This document shows positions 7,823-17,343 of a stretch of DNA of 64,000 nucleotides, piece by piece; positions within the stretch are counted from its first letter, which is position 1, and each line of letters opens with the position of its first letter. This DNA is from Candidatus Peribacteria bacterium (GTDB lineage Bacteria > Patescibacteriota > Gracilibacteria > Peribacterales > Peribacteraceae), in contig JBEPVF010000003.1 of assembly GCA_041691135.1 (NCBI GenBank), positions 64,001-128,000 on the forward strand. Direction: 5' to 3'. The notes beneath the pieces were generated by a model that saw only the letters and a list, made by a program, of their open reading frames with translations, did no database searches and was not told the DNA's origin. A program made the position numbers and the translations under genes.

Positions 7823-8860
7823 TCACAACTCGATTCCCAGTTCTGCACCCACCTCTTTAATTGCTTCTGTAACGTGATGCAAAACAGTCGCGCCGTCTGC
7901 GTTATTGTCGAAGTCGCCTTGTATGCGCCATTTGCCCTGTTCGATATATACCTGCACTCCCATGCTCGCTACCTCACTGCGTTGTAGCCGTCTGCCGATT
8001 TGCGAGAGTACGGCAAAGCGGGCAACAGGATCGGTATGGAACTGCGCTGGATGAACAGGCACACCGTATCTCTGTGCCAGCTGCGTATGTAGAGGGATAT
8101 CTTCCTGCAGGTATTGCGTTATAAAGCCCGGTGCATCGGCTCCCGAATATTTTACTTTTCGCTCCAACGTCACCGGTTCTTTTTCTTGCTCGAACAATGC
8201 TGTCATCTGCTGACGTTGCGGGAGGGTAATCGACGCGAGTTCAGCATCGTAGAGCGGATCGACCTCATTGTGTACCCACCATTCATAGGCAGCCACAATG
8301 TCTTTCTCTGGAACCTTCAGCTGCGCAGCGCGCTCGGAAAAGTCCGCTTGGACGAATGTCGGCCTATGGAGCAGGAACTGAGTGCTGGGATAGGAGAGCC
8401 GTTCTTTGCCCTGGGAAAAAAGAACATGCGCAGCGCTTGCGGCCACGGATGTCGCCAGCGTTTCGATTCCTTCGCTACCGGCTATGCGATTCATATACTG
8501 CGAAAACATGCGCTGAACAGACACTCCGCCCCCGCGTGAATTTATGAGTACGGTTATATCAAATCTTTTTTCCAGCAGCACCCGCAGTAAAGGTGCGGGA
8601 ATTCGTTGGTGTGATGCTTGGACACAGTTTTCTACTGTCGCCTGGATGTTTGGTTCCAGATACTGCAGTCGGTCGATTTCAGCTTGAGGAAAGTTGAATC
8701 CACACACTGGCAGGGCAGCACCAAAAGATTTGTAGGCATTGTCTCGATATCTATGAATGGCAACTTCAGCCGTATTCAAAGCAGTTGCATCGAGCTTGGA
8801 ATTAATGCACCAGAACATCCTTCCTTCAGCATCTGGGGACCGGAGTGCAATAGCAGACAT
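7823..8860 (-). CDS. Divergent ClpP-like (peptidase S14) protein with N- and C-terminal extensions
   Basis: VLINSRGGGV, SVAASAAHVLFSQG, YPSTQFLLHRP align with ClpP INSPGG / AASMG / MIHQP. Confidence 0.7.
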   Translation of the reverse strand: MSAIALRSPDAEGRMFWCINSKLDATALNTAEVAIHRYRDNAYKSFGAALPVCGFNFPQAEIDRLQYLEPNIQATVENCVQASHQRIPAPLLRVLLEKRFDITVLINSRGGGVSVQRMFSQYMNRIAGSEGIETLATSVAASAAHVLFSQGKERLSYPSTQFLLHRPTFVQADFSERAAQLKVPEKDIVAAYEWWVHNEVDPLYDAELASITLPQRQQMTALFEQEKEPVTLERKVKYSGADAPGFITQYLQEDIPLHTQLAQRYGVPVHPAQFHTDPVARFAVLSQIGRRLQRSEVASMGVQVYIEQGKWRIQGDFDNNADGATVLHHVTEAIKEVGAELGIEL

Positions 8861-8949
8861 AATAAAATTAATTTAAAACATTATAGTAATTTAGTCAATA
8901 ATCTTCATTTCATGACGATACATTTACGACTGCATTTTATGCTGACACT

Positions 8950-8984
8950 AAAACCGGAGGCTCGTCTTTCGACGAGCCCCCTGG
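8950..8984 (-). terminator. Intrinsic terminator after the 390-aa ORF
   Basis: GGCTCGTC-GAAA-GACGAGCC core stem with TTTT downstream on the minus strand. Confidence 0.75.
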
Positions 8985-9016
8985 TTCTTTTCTACGGCTG
9001 GTTGCCCCCCAGGGGC

Positions 9017-10189
9017 TTAGGCGATGAGGCCCTGCCGCTTGAGGGCGGCCTCGGCGACGGCTGTGTGCCACACGGCGGTACCGGTTTTGCCCTGACGGAT
9101 CACGGTGTAACCCGTGCCGCCCGAGTTGGGGTAGTTAGCAGCGGATGGATCGACGATGGCGGGATTCCCGTTAACGTTGGTCACGACCACGCCGAATTCC
9201 TTGTGCCAAGGTTCGTCCATGTAGTGGACGCCACCCATGGCCGTCACCGCCCGAACGAAGATCCGGTTGGCGTCCCGGATCCGAACCCATTGCCCCTTGG
9301 TGAATGACGCTCCGCCGTTGTAGCCGATTTGGCGGAAGTGCTCTGTCAGACGGGGATCTTCCTTGATCTTGGCGTGCAAGACGTCGAAGTTGCCCTCGTC
9401 TTCTGTGAACAGCAATCCCGTCACTGTGGTGTCGGGGTAGTCAAACGGGACAGGGCTCATGATCCATCCTGCCTTGTCGATGATCATGCCGTCGAAGGCT
9501 CCGCCTCCGTGCACGATGTGCGAGGCAGGCATCGACACACCTGCGTCGATGCCTTCACGCAGGTCGAGGCAGGCCAGGATGCCTGCGTATTCCTCGACCA
9601 GCGCAGTGCTGACGGGGTCGCGAGGGTCGTTGGCGTCGCGGAGCTGGCCCACGAGGTCAGCCTGCGAGCTGAGACGATCGACGAGCTGCGCGAAGTTATT
9701 GTCTTTCGTTGGACGCGGCCGCGAGAAGATGCGATCAGCCTTGCGGCTGGAGAGCAAAATCTGTGCCGGAGTCAGATCACCGCCGTCACCAACGATTTGC
9801 AGGAACGTTTTCTGATGGCCCGCACGCTGGCGGGCCGGACGCCGGAGGACTTCGAAGGCGCAGTAGGCGAACTCGCCATCCGAGGCCTCCTGAATGAGAG
9901 CATCCATGCGCTCGATGCCGCGAATGACGGTCTCAACGCCAATGACTTTGCCATTCTTGACACCACCACCCAGCTTCATGCTGGAGTTGGCGTTGGCGTA
10001 GATATCGACCCTGCCCTCGTACACCGGTCGCGTCATGCAGCCGGTGAGCTCCGCCATCACGACAGTGTCGTTCTGGGGGAGCAGCTGAACGTCCGTGTAG
10101 CCGTCATCATCATCCATGATGCCTTCCTTGGCCTTGTCGAGCGGGGTCGTCCGCCAATCCTTGACGGGAACCAGATAGGACTTTCTCAA
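9017..10189 (-). CDS. Hypothetical protein (390 aa)
   Basis: Long ORF with TTG start, GGAGG SD, and its own promoter and terminator; family not recognised. Confidence 0.75.
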   Translation of the reverse strand: MRKSYLVPVKDWRTTPLDKAKEGIMDDDDGYTDVQLLPQNDTVVMAELTGCMTRPVYEGRVDIYANANSSMKLGGGVKNGKVIGVETVIRGIERMDALIQEASDGEFAYCAFEVLRRPARQRAGHQKTFLQIVGDGGDLTPAQILLSSRKADRIFSRPRPTKDNNFAQLVDRLSSQADLVGQLRDANDPRDPVSTALVEEYAGILACLDLREGIDAGVSMPASHIVHGGGAFDGMIIDKAGWIMSPVPFDYPDTTVTGLLFTEDEGNFDVLHAKIKEDPRLTEHFRQIGYNGGASFTKGQWVRIRDANRIFVRAVTAMGGVHYMDEPWHKEFGVVVTNVNGNPAIVDPSAANYPNSGGTGYTVIRQGKTGTAVWHTAVAEAALKRQGLIA

Positions 10190-10315
10190 GAGTCACCTCC
10201 ACTGAATCTGCGCTTCCGTTCAGGTAACTCTCTCCGCCACAGCTTTTTGGTTTAAAAAACCAGCCGATGGCGAAAAGAACTTTGTTATTTTCACATAAAA
10301 TGTTATAAATGTCAA
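10188..10315 (-). promoter_or_regulatory. Promoter and structured 5' UTR occluding SD/start
   Basis: TTGACA-N17-GAAAAT; stems 10234-10244/10262-10273 and 10188-10198/10222-10232. Confidence 0.55.
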
Positions 10316-10371
10316 TATATGCCAATAAAATGCACATATTGGCTAAAATGAGTGTTTTAAGCATTCCACAG

Positions 10372-11133
10372 TTAGGCATCCATTCTTACCTCTTTAGTTC
10401 CTCGGTGTTCTATATCTCCGGCCAGAATAATGTAATCGCCGACAAATTTGACGATGATCTCTTTGCCCGTTGGCTGTGTAATCGTGAATGACGATTCGCT
10501 GCTCCTGTCGTTAAGTACTGCCGCCAGTGCAATGCTGCCCGAGCCGCACGATGTTTCGTGAATCAACGTATCGGTGTCGCGCACGTACACGTACGGGTCG
10601 ATCACTACCGTGTTGCCTTCTTCCCGTGCATAGATCACGCCGACGGCCGGCAGATGTTTGTAGTCTTTGATCAACTCCTGGGTCAGTTGTTCGTTCGGCT
10701 CGGCCCAGCATAGGATGTGCGTGATACCTTTGAGTTCCACGATGGAGCTATTTTCGTCTACATGATCAATGTTCTGTATCAATGACAATGGCAGGTGTAC
10801 AGAACTGTCTGTGGGAGAGGCGAAGGCAGGGATAAGTTCATCGATGCCTGAAGTCCGCAGCGTGATGCGATCTTTACCGATTTTGTTGGCCCAGTAGAAG
10901 GCAGTCGAGCGTGTGGCATTGCCGCAGAATTCTCCGCCCATCATCTGCAGCTGCACGTCTATCTCACCGGTCGGGTCAGTCTGCAGAAAACCCACTTGTT
11001 CGATCTCCGGATATTCCTTCATGATCGTACTCGCCACCTGCGCCCGGTCTTCGGATGCGATGGGTATTTCGACGAGCGCCGTGGTATTGCCGCCCGGCCA
11101 CAGTATCTGAAAGGGGATGGTCGATGGTGCCAT
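10372..11133 (-). CDS. DapF-fold, CntK (histidine racemase)-like amino-acid racemase/epimerase
   Basis: PGGNTT, EQVGF, MMGGEFCGNA and ETSCGSG two-cysteine motifs. Confidence 0.85.
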   Translation of the reverse strand: MAPSTIPFQILWPGGNTTALVEIPIASEDRAQVASTIMKEYPEIEQVGFLQTDPTGEIDVQLQMMGGEFCGNATRSTAFYWANKIGKDRITLRTSGIDELIPAFASPTDSSVHLPLSLIQNIDHVDENSSIVELKGITHILCWAEPNEQLTQELIKDYKHLPAVGVIYAREEGNTVVIDPYVYVRDTDTLIHETSCGSGSIALAAVLNDRSSESSFTITQPTGKEIIVKFVGDYIILAGDIEHRGTKEVRMDA

Positions 11134-11138
11134 AGTTG

Positions 11139-12761
11139 TTATAGAGATGCGCAGGGGGCAATCTTTTCGCGCAGGTTGGTATGGCGCGTGATGTCCTCCG
11201 CGGAAATGGTGAGGAGTTCTTTATTGCGTTCGGCTTCGGGATAAATGATGGAATACAGTTCGGGCATCATCGGATTCATCGCTTCTGTCAGCGAGATATT
11301 CTTCGATTCCTCGACGAACAGCTGCCACCAATTTTCTTTGCCGTAGAGCAACAGGTCGATGCCGGTTGCCGGCACGAGCTCGCCGGCGGCAGTCTCGAGG
11401 AATGCCACGTTCACGTCGCCGACAATCTCTTTGGTCTGGGCGCGGGCACAGACTTCGATACTGCGGTACTTGCCGCGATCCACCTGCATCTTGATGTAGG
11501 CATTCTTCATGAAGGTGAGGTAATTCACCTGACTAAAGCCGCCGAGGCATTTGAGACCGTAGTAGAAGCACAATACGGTGTACACAAGCATGCTGCTCGG
11601 GATCAATTCCTTGCTTAAAAGTCCCTCACGAATGGCTTCCGGTGTGATGTCGTACGAGTATTTGCCATCGTCGGTCACCAGTTTGTTGCCTATTTTCTTC
11701 AGGCCCATTCGGTACCGTTCGCCCTTGGGCAGTGCCCAGAACATGTACGTTCCCCAATTGTCGGCAACGGAGAATGTTCCGGTGATACCCTGGAAATACT
11801 CATTGATGAGCGGATCACACTCTGGATCGAACAGGAAGTGATTGATCGTTGTGTCTTCGTTGAGGTGAAATTCTAGGATCAGCTGCGACACGATGCTCTC
11901 GATTTCCAGATAAACAAGGTTCGGAACGCGCGTTGTTCCTTTGCTACTGCCCAGCAATTTTTTCCACAGCGTGTAATTCGTCTTCGTCACCTGGTCGCCG
12001 TAGGATTTGCAACTCAAGATGTCATCTTGCTCATAAATCTCTGCAAAAATGTCGTTGAATTTGTTGGCAGTCGCCTGATCCATGCAGCCGCTCTTGACCC
12101 TTTCGGCGATGCCTTTGTGTAAATTCTTTAGGTCGTTCTTGTCGTATGGCTTGAAGTTATAGACGGGGCACAATCTGTACTGAGCTGCAAAAAACGCAGT
12201 TGAGTTAAAATGTGTACTGCCATCATCGGCCTTACTGTGGAATACCACACCGCGCGGGAAGGATGAGTTGTTTTGCGAGACTGCCGCGCAGGCCAGAACA
12301 ATCACGTTATCGAGTGTTTCGTTGTATTCGCCGAATGGTGTTGCAATCAGCAGGTTGGAATTGATGAAAAACGGATGCGTGAGTGGACCATGATGGTCAG
12401 CTGTACTCACGAAGTAGTACTGACTCAATTGTTTGACGACGCTGGCCGCCACTTTGGGTCCAAGTAGGCGCGAGGTTTCCTTTTCTACAACAGATAACAG
12501 TTGCTCCTGTCGCAGGGCGATCGGCGGATTCAGGTTCACATCGATGTAATCTTTGGCGTAGTCGTAAAGCATCTTGTGGCCATGCTTCTCCAAGATTTCC
12601 TTGAGCACGGGCTTCTTGGCCAGTACCGCGTCTTTTAAGCCGGTGAACAGTTTATCAAACGCATTCTCACTGAGAGAACTGCCGGTAAGTTCCATACAGG
12701 AAACATGGCCGGTCGCGTCGGTAGTTCCTTCGCTGATAAGGCTAGAGGTGGCTGGTCCCAT
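11139..12761 (-). CDS. Hypothetical 540-aa protein, possible ligase
   Basis: Long ORF ending 5 nt before the racemase start; STADHHGP and LGGFSQVNYL motifs. Confidence 0.75.
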   Translation of the reverse strand: MGPATSSLISEGTTDATGHVSCMELTGSSLSENAFDKLFTGLKDAVLAKKPVLKEILEKHGHKMLYDYAKDYIDVNLNPPIALRQEQLLSVVEKETSRLLGPKVAASVVKQLSQYYFVSTADHHGPLTHPFFINSNLLIATPFGEYNETLDNVIVLACAAVSQNNSSFPRGVVFHSKADDGSTHFNSTAFFAAQYRLCPVYNFKPYDKNDLKNLHKGIAERVKSGCMDQATANKFNDIFAEIYEQDDILSCKSYGDQVTKTNYTLWKKLLGSSKGTTRVPNLVYLEIESIVSQLILEFHLNEDTTINHFLFDPECDPLINEYFQGITGTFSVADNWGTYMFWALPKGERYRMGLKKIGNKLVTDDGKYSYDITPEAIREGLLSKELIPSSMLVYTVLCFYYGLKCLGGFSQVNYLTFMKNAYIKMQVDRGKYRSIEVCARAQTKEIVGDVNVAFLETAAGELVPATGIDLLLYGKENWWQLFVEESKNISLTEAMNPMMPELYSIIYPEAERNKELLTISAEDITRHTNLREKIAPCASL

Positions 12762-13024
12762 TAGTGGAGAGGGGAATATGCAAAACGAACCGCCGTTCCA
12801 GATTCGGGGTGGAATCGGACGATTGCTTGAGCGGTTGTCTTCGAGGCAGGGGGTGTCCTCATAAAAATTGACAATCTAGTTTAGTGAAGGGCAAGCCGAA
12901 ATTCAATGGTTCCTTCAGGTTTTCTTTAATTGCCCAAGCGGGCAAGTTTTGGCGCTTAAACTGGTAAATGTCGCTTAACTTTTAGCGTGGGCTGGTTCGA
13001 TAGTTCCTGTTATAGTTCTGAACT

Positions 13025-13633
13025 ATGAAGCGACTTCTCCTATTTGCCACTGCGTTTACCCTCGTGGCTTGCCAGACTCAGACTGAGCCAGAAATTTCTG
13101 ACAAGATTACTTCTTCGGATGTGAGCAGCACCGTTTTGTCGGTTTCGTCCGCGAAGATGCAAACCTATACCAGTCAAAAAAATGGATTCACCTTCCACTA
13201 TCCAGCCGATTGGAAAGTGGCAGACGCGAGCGACGCTGAAGCAGGATTCAATATCATCGCGTGGGTCTACACGCCGAAAGCAGCGGTTGCGGTTGATACG
13301 TGCCAACGGATGCATAAGAAAGCTGAGTGGCGTATGGAGTGTGGTTCTGTTCAGGCAGACTCGGCGATTGGTGTCTATCGTTCTGACTTCATTCGCTATG
13401 ATTCTCTCAGCGAAACTGACAAACAGAATTATCCGGGCTATAAGAAACTGACTATGGGGGATGCAGATGTCTTTGCATACTCCGAAGCGACTAACGCGCT
13501 GACTCAGAATTTCCACATCAATAATCCATCCGGAAAGTCAGGTGTGACGGTTACGGTATTTGCGAAGGATGAGCAAAATTTGTCGGTGGCTCAGCAAATC
13601 CTTTCGACTTTTACGTTCACGACGAATAAGTAA
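13025..13633 (+). CDS. Lipoprotein, PsbP-like domain
   Basis: Lipobox LVAC; TYTSQKNGFTFHYPADW; QILSTFTF. Confidence 0.75.
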   Translation: MKRLLLFATAFTLVACQTQTEPEISDKITSSDVSSTVLSVSSAKMQTYTSQKNGFTFHYPADWKVADASDAEAGFNIIAWVYTPKAAVAVDTCQRMHKKAEWRMECGSVQADSAIGVYRSDFIRYDSLSETDKQNYPGYKKLTMGDADVFAYSEATNALTQNFHINNPSGKSGVTVTVFAKDEQNLSVAQQILSTFTFTTNK

Positions 13634-13645
13634 TAAGAGGTGGAT

Positions 13646-13942
13646 TTACTCCACGCCCAGTACTTTTCGTATTTTCCTCTCGTCCGGTTTTCGCCACGGA
13701 TGACACGTCAGCACTCTGAGGAATGCCATGATGCTTCCACGCACGAATCCCTTCCGTTCCAACTGCAGTTTCGCGTATGCCGAACACGTCGGTTCGTGGC
13801 GACAGTAGCCGTACGGATGCAGGTGGCGCAGAGGACCATGGTCCGGCGAGAGTGTGTGTTGGTACAGCGTGACGAGTGTCATCGATGCGTTCCTCGGTAG
13901 ATGCCAGAGTTGTAGCAAGAACCTTTTTGGCATACTTTGCAT
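13646..13942 (-). CDS. yidD: Membrane protein insertion efficiency factor
   Basis: LYQHTLSP...CRHEPTCSAY...RVLTCHPW. Confidence 0.88.
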   Translation of the reverse strand: MQSMPKRFLLQLWHLPRNASMTLVTLYQHTLSPDHGPLRHLHPYGYCRHEPTCSAYAKLQLERKGFVRGSIMAFLRVLTCHPWRKPDERKIRKVLGVE

Positions 13943-14007
13943 GTCAGTACATTGAAGAATTCCGTCTTAGACTGTAGATTCATCGTACTCTTTTTCCTCT
14001 GCGACGT

Positions 14008-14265
14008 ATGCCATTCACCTACGAACAAGCGCTCATGTTCCTCTACATGCTCGTTGCCGTGATGCTGATTATTGTCCTCTACCATGCCCTCTTCATTGTG
14101 GTCGATCTGCGAAAAATCATGCGGCGCGCGCAGAACGTGACGACTGAGGTCGAGAAGGTGATCCTGCGGCCGCTGTCGATGGCCGATCAGATTATGGATT
14201 TCGTGATGGACCTGATCAATCAGAAGAAGCATGCCCATAAGAAGAAATTGCCTTCCGATGAATAA
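14008..14265 (+). CDS. Small membrane-anchored hypothetical protein
   Basis: N-terminal TM followed by a coiled segment. Confidence 0.7.
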   Translation: MPFTYEQALMFLYMLVAVMLIIVLYHALFIVVDLRKIMRRAQNVTTEVEKVILRPLSMADQIMDFVMDLINQKKHAHKKKLPSDE

Positions 14266-14270
14266 TCGCC

Positions 14271-14561
14271 ATGGCGACCAAGAAAGTACCGGCACCGAAG
14301 AAGCCAGATCTTGATGCGCTCAAAAAAATTCAGATCGGTCTGGAGGAGCTGCCGGATCAGTTTCAGAATGCATTCAGCCCGTGGCGTCAGCTTTTCTTCA
14401 ATTATCTTAAAGGCATTGCCGGAGGTCTCGGTGCCATCACGGCACTGGCCATCGTCATCCCGCTCATGCTCTGGCTCCTGCGCAGTTTTCAGTGGGTTCC
14501 GCTGGCCGGCAAAGTGGTCACGGAGATTGTGAATCAGGTGGAAGATGCGAGAAAAAGGTGA
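14271..14561 (+). CDS. DUF5665-like small membrane protein
   Basis: FFNYLKGIAGGLG...VPLAG pattern. Confidence 0.65.
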   Translation: MATKKVPAPKKPDLDALKKIQIGLEELPDQFQNAFSPWRQLFFNYLKGIAGGLGAITALAIVIPLMLWLLRSFQWVPLAGKVVTEIVNQVEDARKR

Positions 14562-14680
14562 CCGAAGAAGCAGAGGTGACCGAGGTTGCAGAGGATTAGG
14601 AAAATGAGGAGAATATTTCATTATCCTCTTAACTCTTTTTCATGGGTTACCTCTGCCACCTCGGTCACATCGGTCACCTT
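14555..14680. repeat. 9-mer tandem inverted-repeat element
   Basis: GTGACCGAn/GTGGCAGAn-type units on the left arm, reverse complements on the right arm. Confidence 0.85.
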
Positions 14681-14681
14681 T

Positions 14682-15191
14682 TTATAGCACTGGTTGTTTA
14701 TCAATAAACACCCGCACGAATATTCTCTTCAGCACATCGTATGATGCTTCCAGAATGCTTGCTAGGAGTGAGTTGAGACGACGGATACGGGCGTAGATGT
14801 TATTCAGTTGATGGGCCGCGCCTGGTTTGTTGCTCGTGTGAGCCAGAGCTTTGGCCTGTTTGGAAAGAACTTCGACCTCCTGCTTAATATGGGTCTGGAT
14901 TTGCTTCTGCAGAACAAGCGGATCGGTCGCTACCGCCGCAATAGCCAGATCGCGTGCAGATTGTCCTTTGGTCGCGGCAGCACCCTTGGTTCCCGTACCG
15001 GAGCCGGCGCCACCAAGGTCGCCCGAACGGTCTTCGCCGGACTGCTCACTCACTTTGTTGGAAAAGCTCTCGAACGTCATCAGTAAATCATTCAACTCCC
15101 GCATCTTGGCCGGCTGCGTCACGATCAACTTGCTCGTCTCGACGGAGGTGCTGAGAGCCAGGTCTGTTTCTGGAGAGGACGAGGTAGACAT
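14682..15191 (-). CDS. Hypothetical protein
   Basis: 169-aa ORF with normal composition. Confidence 0.7.
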   Translation of the reverse strand: MSTSSSPETDLALSTSVETSKLIVTQPAKMRELNDLLMTFESFSNKVSEQSGEDRSGDLGGAGSGTGTKGAAATKGQSARDLAIAAVATDPLVLQKQIQTHIKQEVEVLSKQAKALAHTSNKPGAAHQLNNIYARIRRLNSLLASILEASYDVLKRIFVRVFIDKQPVL

Positions 15192-15400
15192 GTGTGAGAG
15201 TTATTGTTGTTTTTTCTGTGCGAAAGTCAATGAATCAGCACTTGTTTATCCGGCAGGCTCACATCCTTTCATCAGCTGAATCCATATGATTATATGTGAT
15301 GGATTCCTTCTATTATAGCACAAAGAAGCCGTACGAACCATATCGCGATCGGCCACGCCGGGCGATTGCCGCCGTGTTCTGCTGCTCGTATGATCGTCAC

Positions 15401-15727
15401 ATGTCCGAACCGACCATCTTCCATAAAATCCGCGACAAGCAGATTCCGGCCGATATCGTGTACGAAGACGATGTCGTGCTTGCGTTCCGGGACATCCATC
15501 CCAAAGCACCGACACACCTGCTCTTCATTCCCAAAACATTCGTCGCATCCATTGCCGAATGCCATGGTGAGCATGCAGACATTCCCGGCCTCCTTATAGA
15601 AACAGCGCGCAAGTTCGCCGAAGAGAAGGGGATTGAGGGCTACAAATTAACGTTCCATGTCGGACCCAAAGGCGGACAAGAGGTGATGTACGTGCATTTG
15701 CACTTTCTGAGCGATCAGACCCTGTGA
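15401..15727 (+). CDS. HIT family nucleotide-binding protein
   Basis: TIFHKI, AFRDIHPKAPTHLL, GGQEVMYVHLH. Confidence 0.92.
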   Translation: MSEPTIFHKIRDKQIPADIVYEDDVVLAFRDIHPKAPTHLLFIPKTFVASIAECHGEHADIPGLLIETARKFAEEKGIEGYKLTFHVGPKGGQEVMYVHLHFLSDQTL

Positions 15728-15751
15728 GGATTTGGAAGATCTGGAGAGATT

Positions 15752-15866
15752 TCCGAAGAAACCGATGGCGCCGATGGCGCCGATGAAGCCAATGATACTT
15801 TCATGTAAAAAAGAAACCGAGGATTGTCCTCGGTTTCTTCGGAGTTATCGGCGCCGTCGGAGTCCT
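15752..15866. repeat. 9-mer tandem inverted-repeat element
   Basis: GCGCCGATG/AAACCGAnG units; hairpin AAGAAACCGAGGA..TCCTCGGTTTCTT. Confidence 0.75.
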
Positions 15867-17228
15867 CTACGCTTCAAATCCTCCCGTCACTGCCTCCTCT
15901 TCCGTTGCGAAGTGCACGCGGTTCTCGGCTTTGATCTTCTTGCCGGCAGTCGAATCAGCCGGGTAGTACTTTTTGCCCGTCTTGGATGCGACGAACCCGG
16001 TAGTGGGAGCATCCGCATCGCTCTCATCGGTTTCTTCGGATGCATCGCTTCCCTTGGCTTCCTTTTTCGCTGTCGCCTCTTCTTCCTCGCGCTCCCTCTT
16101 CAGGCGTTCCATTGTCTCTTTGTCGATCGGCTGCAATGCCTTGATCGAGAGACCGATGCGGCGCTCGTCGACGTCGATGTTGATCACCTGGGCATCGACT
16201 TTCTGGCCGATGGTGAGGACTTCGGCTGGGTCGGTCACTTTGTGATGAGCCAGTTCACTCAAGTGCACCAATCCGTTGATTTCCTTTTCGAGTTTGAGGA
16301 ACGCGCCGTAATCGGCGAAGCGAATGACCGTGCCTTGTACCTTCTTGCCGACGGGGTAACGCTCGGCGATCTCTTCCCACGGATCCTTCGTCAGCTGTTT
16401 GATCGACAGGCTCAGTTTCTCGCCGTCGATGCCGATCACCTTCACTTTCACGCGGTCGCCCGGCTCAGCGTACTCGGAGGGGTTCTTCACATGGCCCCAG
16501 GCGATTTCGGAGATGTGCACCAATCCTTCCAAGCCGTCGAAGGCGACGAACAGACCGAACTTCACAATACCGCTCACGATGCCTTCCTTCACGTCGCCGG
16601 CATGCAATTGCTCCAGCGACTTCGAGCGTTCCTCGCTCATGGCCTCGCGCTCCGATACGACGATCTTGCCGGCATCTTCGTCCATCGTGATGATTTTGAC
16701 GGTGAAGGTGTGGCCGATGAACTTCTGCAAACGAGTGATGATCTCGCTGGCATCGGCGTTATTGACGCGCGGGTAATTGACCGGAGCCAGTTGAGACACA
16801 GGCAGGAAGGTGCGAATGCCGTCGATGTTGGCGAGCAGTCCGCCTTTGTTGGCTTCCTGCGCCGTGAACTTCATTGTTGCATCCTGCTCCACCAGTTTGT
16901 GGAAACGGTCCCACGCTTTCTGCTGGCTGGCCATGCGAAGACTCATCACGATCATGCCTTCCTCGTTCTCTTCTTCGAGTACGAGTGCATTTACCAGATC
17001 ACCGGTGTGGAGTTCCTTGAACGTGTTAAACGAGTCGCGCAGCTCACGCCCCGAAATAATACCGGTGGCCACGCCATCGATATCCATGAGCAGTTTGTTC
17101 TTTCCTTTAAAGACGACAGTCCCTTCGCGCAGTTCGCCGGGGTGGACGCGCAGGACGGCAGGGGATTCTTTGAGCAGTGCATCCATCACGGAAGACTGCG
17201 GTTTCTTGTTTTTCGAAGCAGTTGCCAT
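15867..17228 (-). CDS. rpsA: 30S ribosomal protein S1 (4 S1 domains) with C-terminal Ada-like domain
   Basis: ANKGGLL, FLPVSQL, GLVHISEIAW, GLVHLSEL, RRIGLSIK. Confidence 0.93.
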   Translation of the reverse strand: MATASKNKKPQSSVMDALLKESPAVLRVHPGELREGTVVFKGKNKLLMDIDGVATGIISGRELRDSFNTFKELHTGDLVNALVLEEENEEGMIVMSLRMASQQKAWDRFHKLVEQDATMKFTAQEANKGGLLANIDGIRTFLPVSQLAPVNYPRVNNADASEIITRLQKFIGHTFTVKIITMDEDAGKIVVSEREAMSEERSKSLEQLHAGDVKEGIVSGIVKFGLFVAFDGLEGLVHISEIAWGHVKNPSEYAEPGDRVKVKVIGIDGEKLSLSIKQLTKDPWEEIAERYPVGKKVQGTVIRFADYGAFLKLEKEINGLVHLSELAHHKVTDPAEVLTIGQKVDAQVINIDVDERRIGLSIKALQPIDKETMERLKREREEEEATAKKEAKGSDASEETDESDADAPTTGFVASKTGKKYYPADSTAGKKIKAENRVHFATEEEAVTGGFEA

Positions 17229-17343
17229 ACAAAAACAGGGGTGCGAGGGAAGGAGTAAAAAAGAAGGGGGAGCGCTCTCGCACGAGCAGCGCAATTCAAG
17301 GAAATTATTCCAGAGAGTGAGAGATATGTCAAAAGCGCATATA

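Noticed and set aside
9329-10255. 308-aa plus-strand ORF
   Set aside because: Antisense shadow of the 390-aa gene, which owns the SD, promoter and terminator.
15732-17258. 508-aa plus-strand ORF
   Set aside because: Antisense shadow of rpsA that begins inside a 9-mer repeat.
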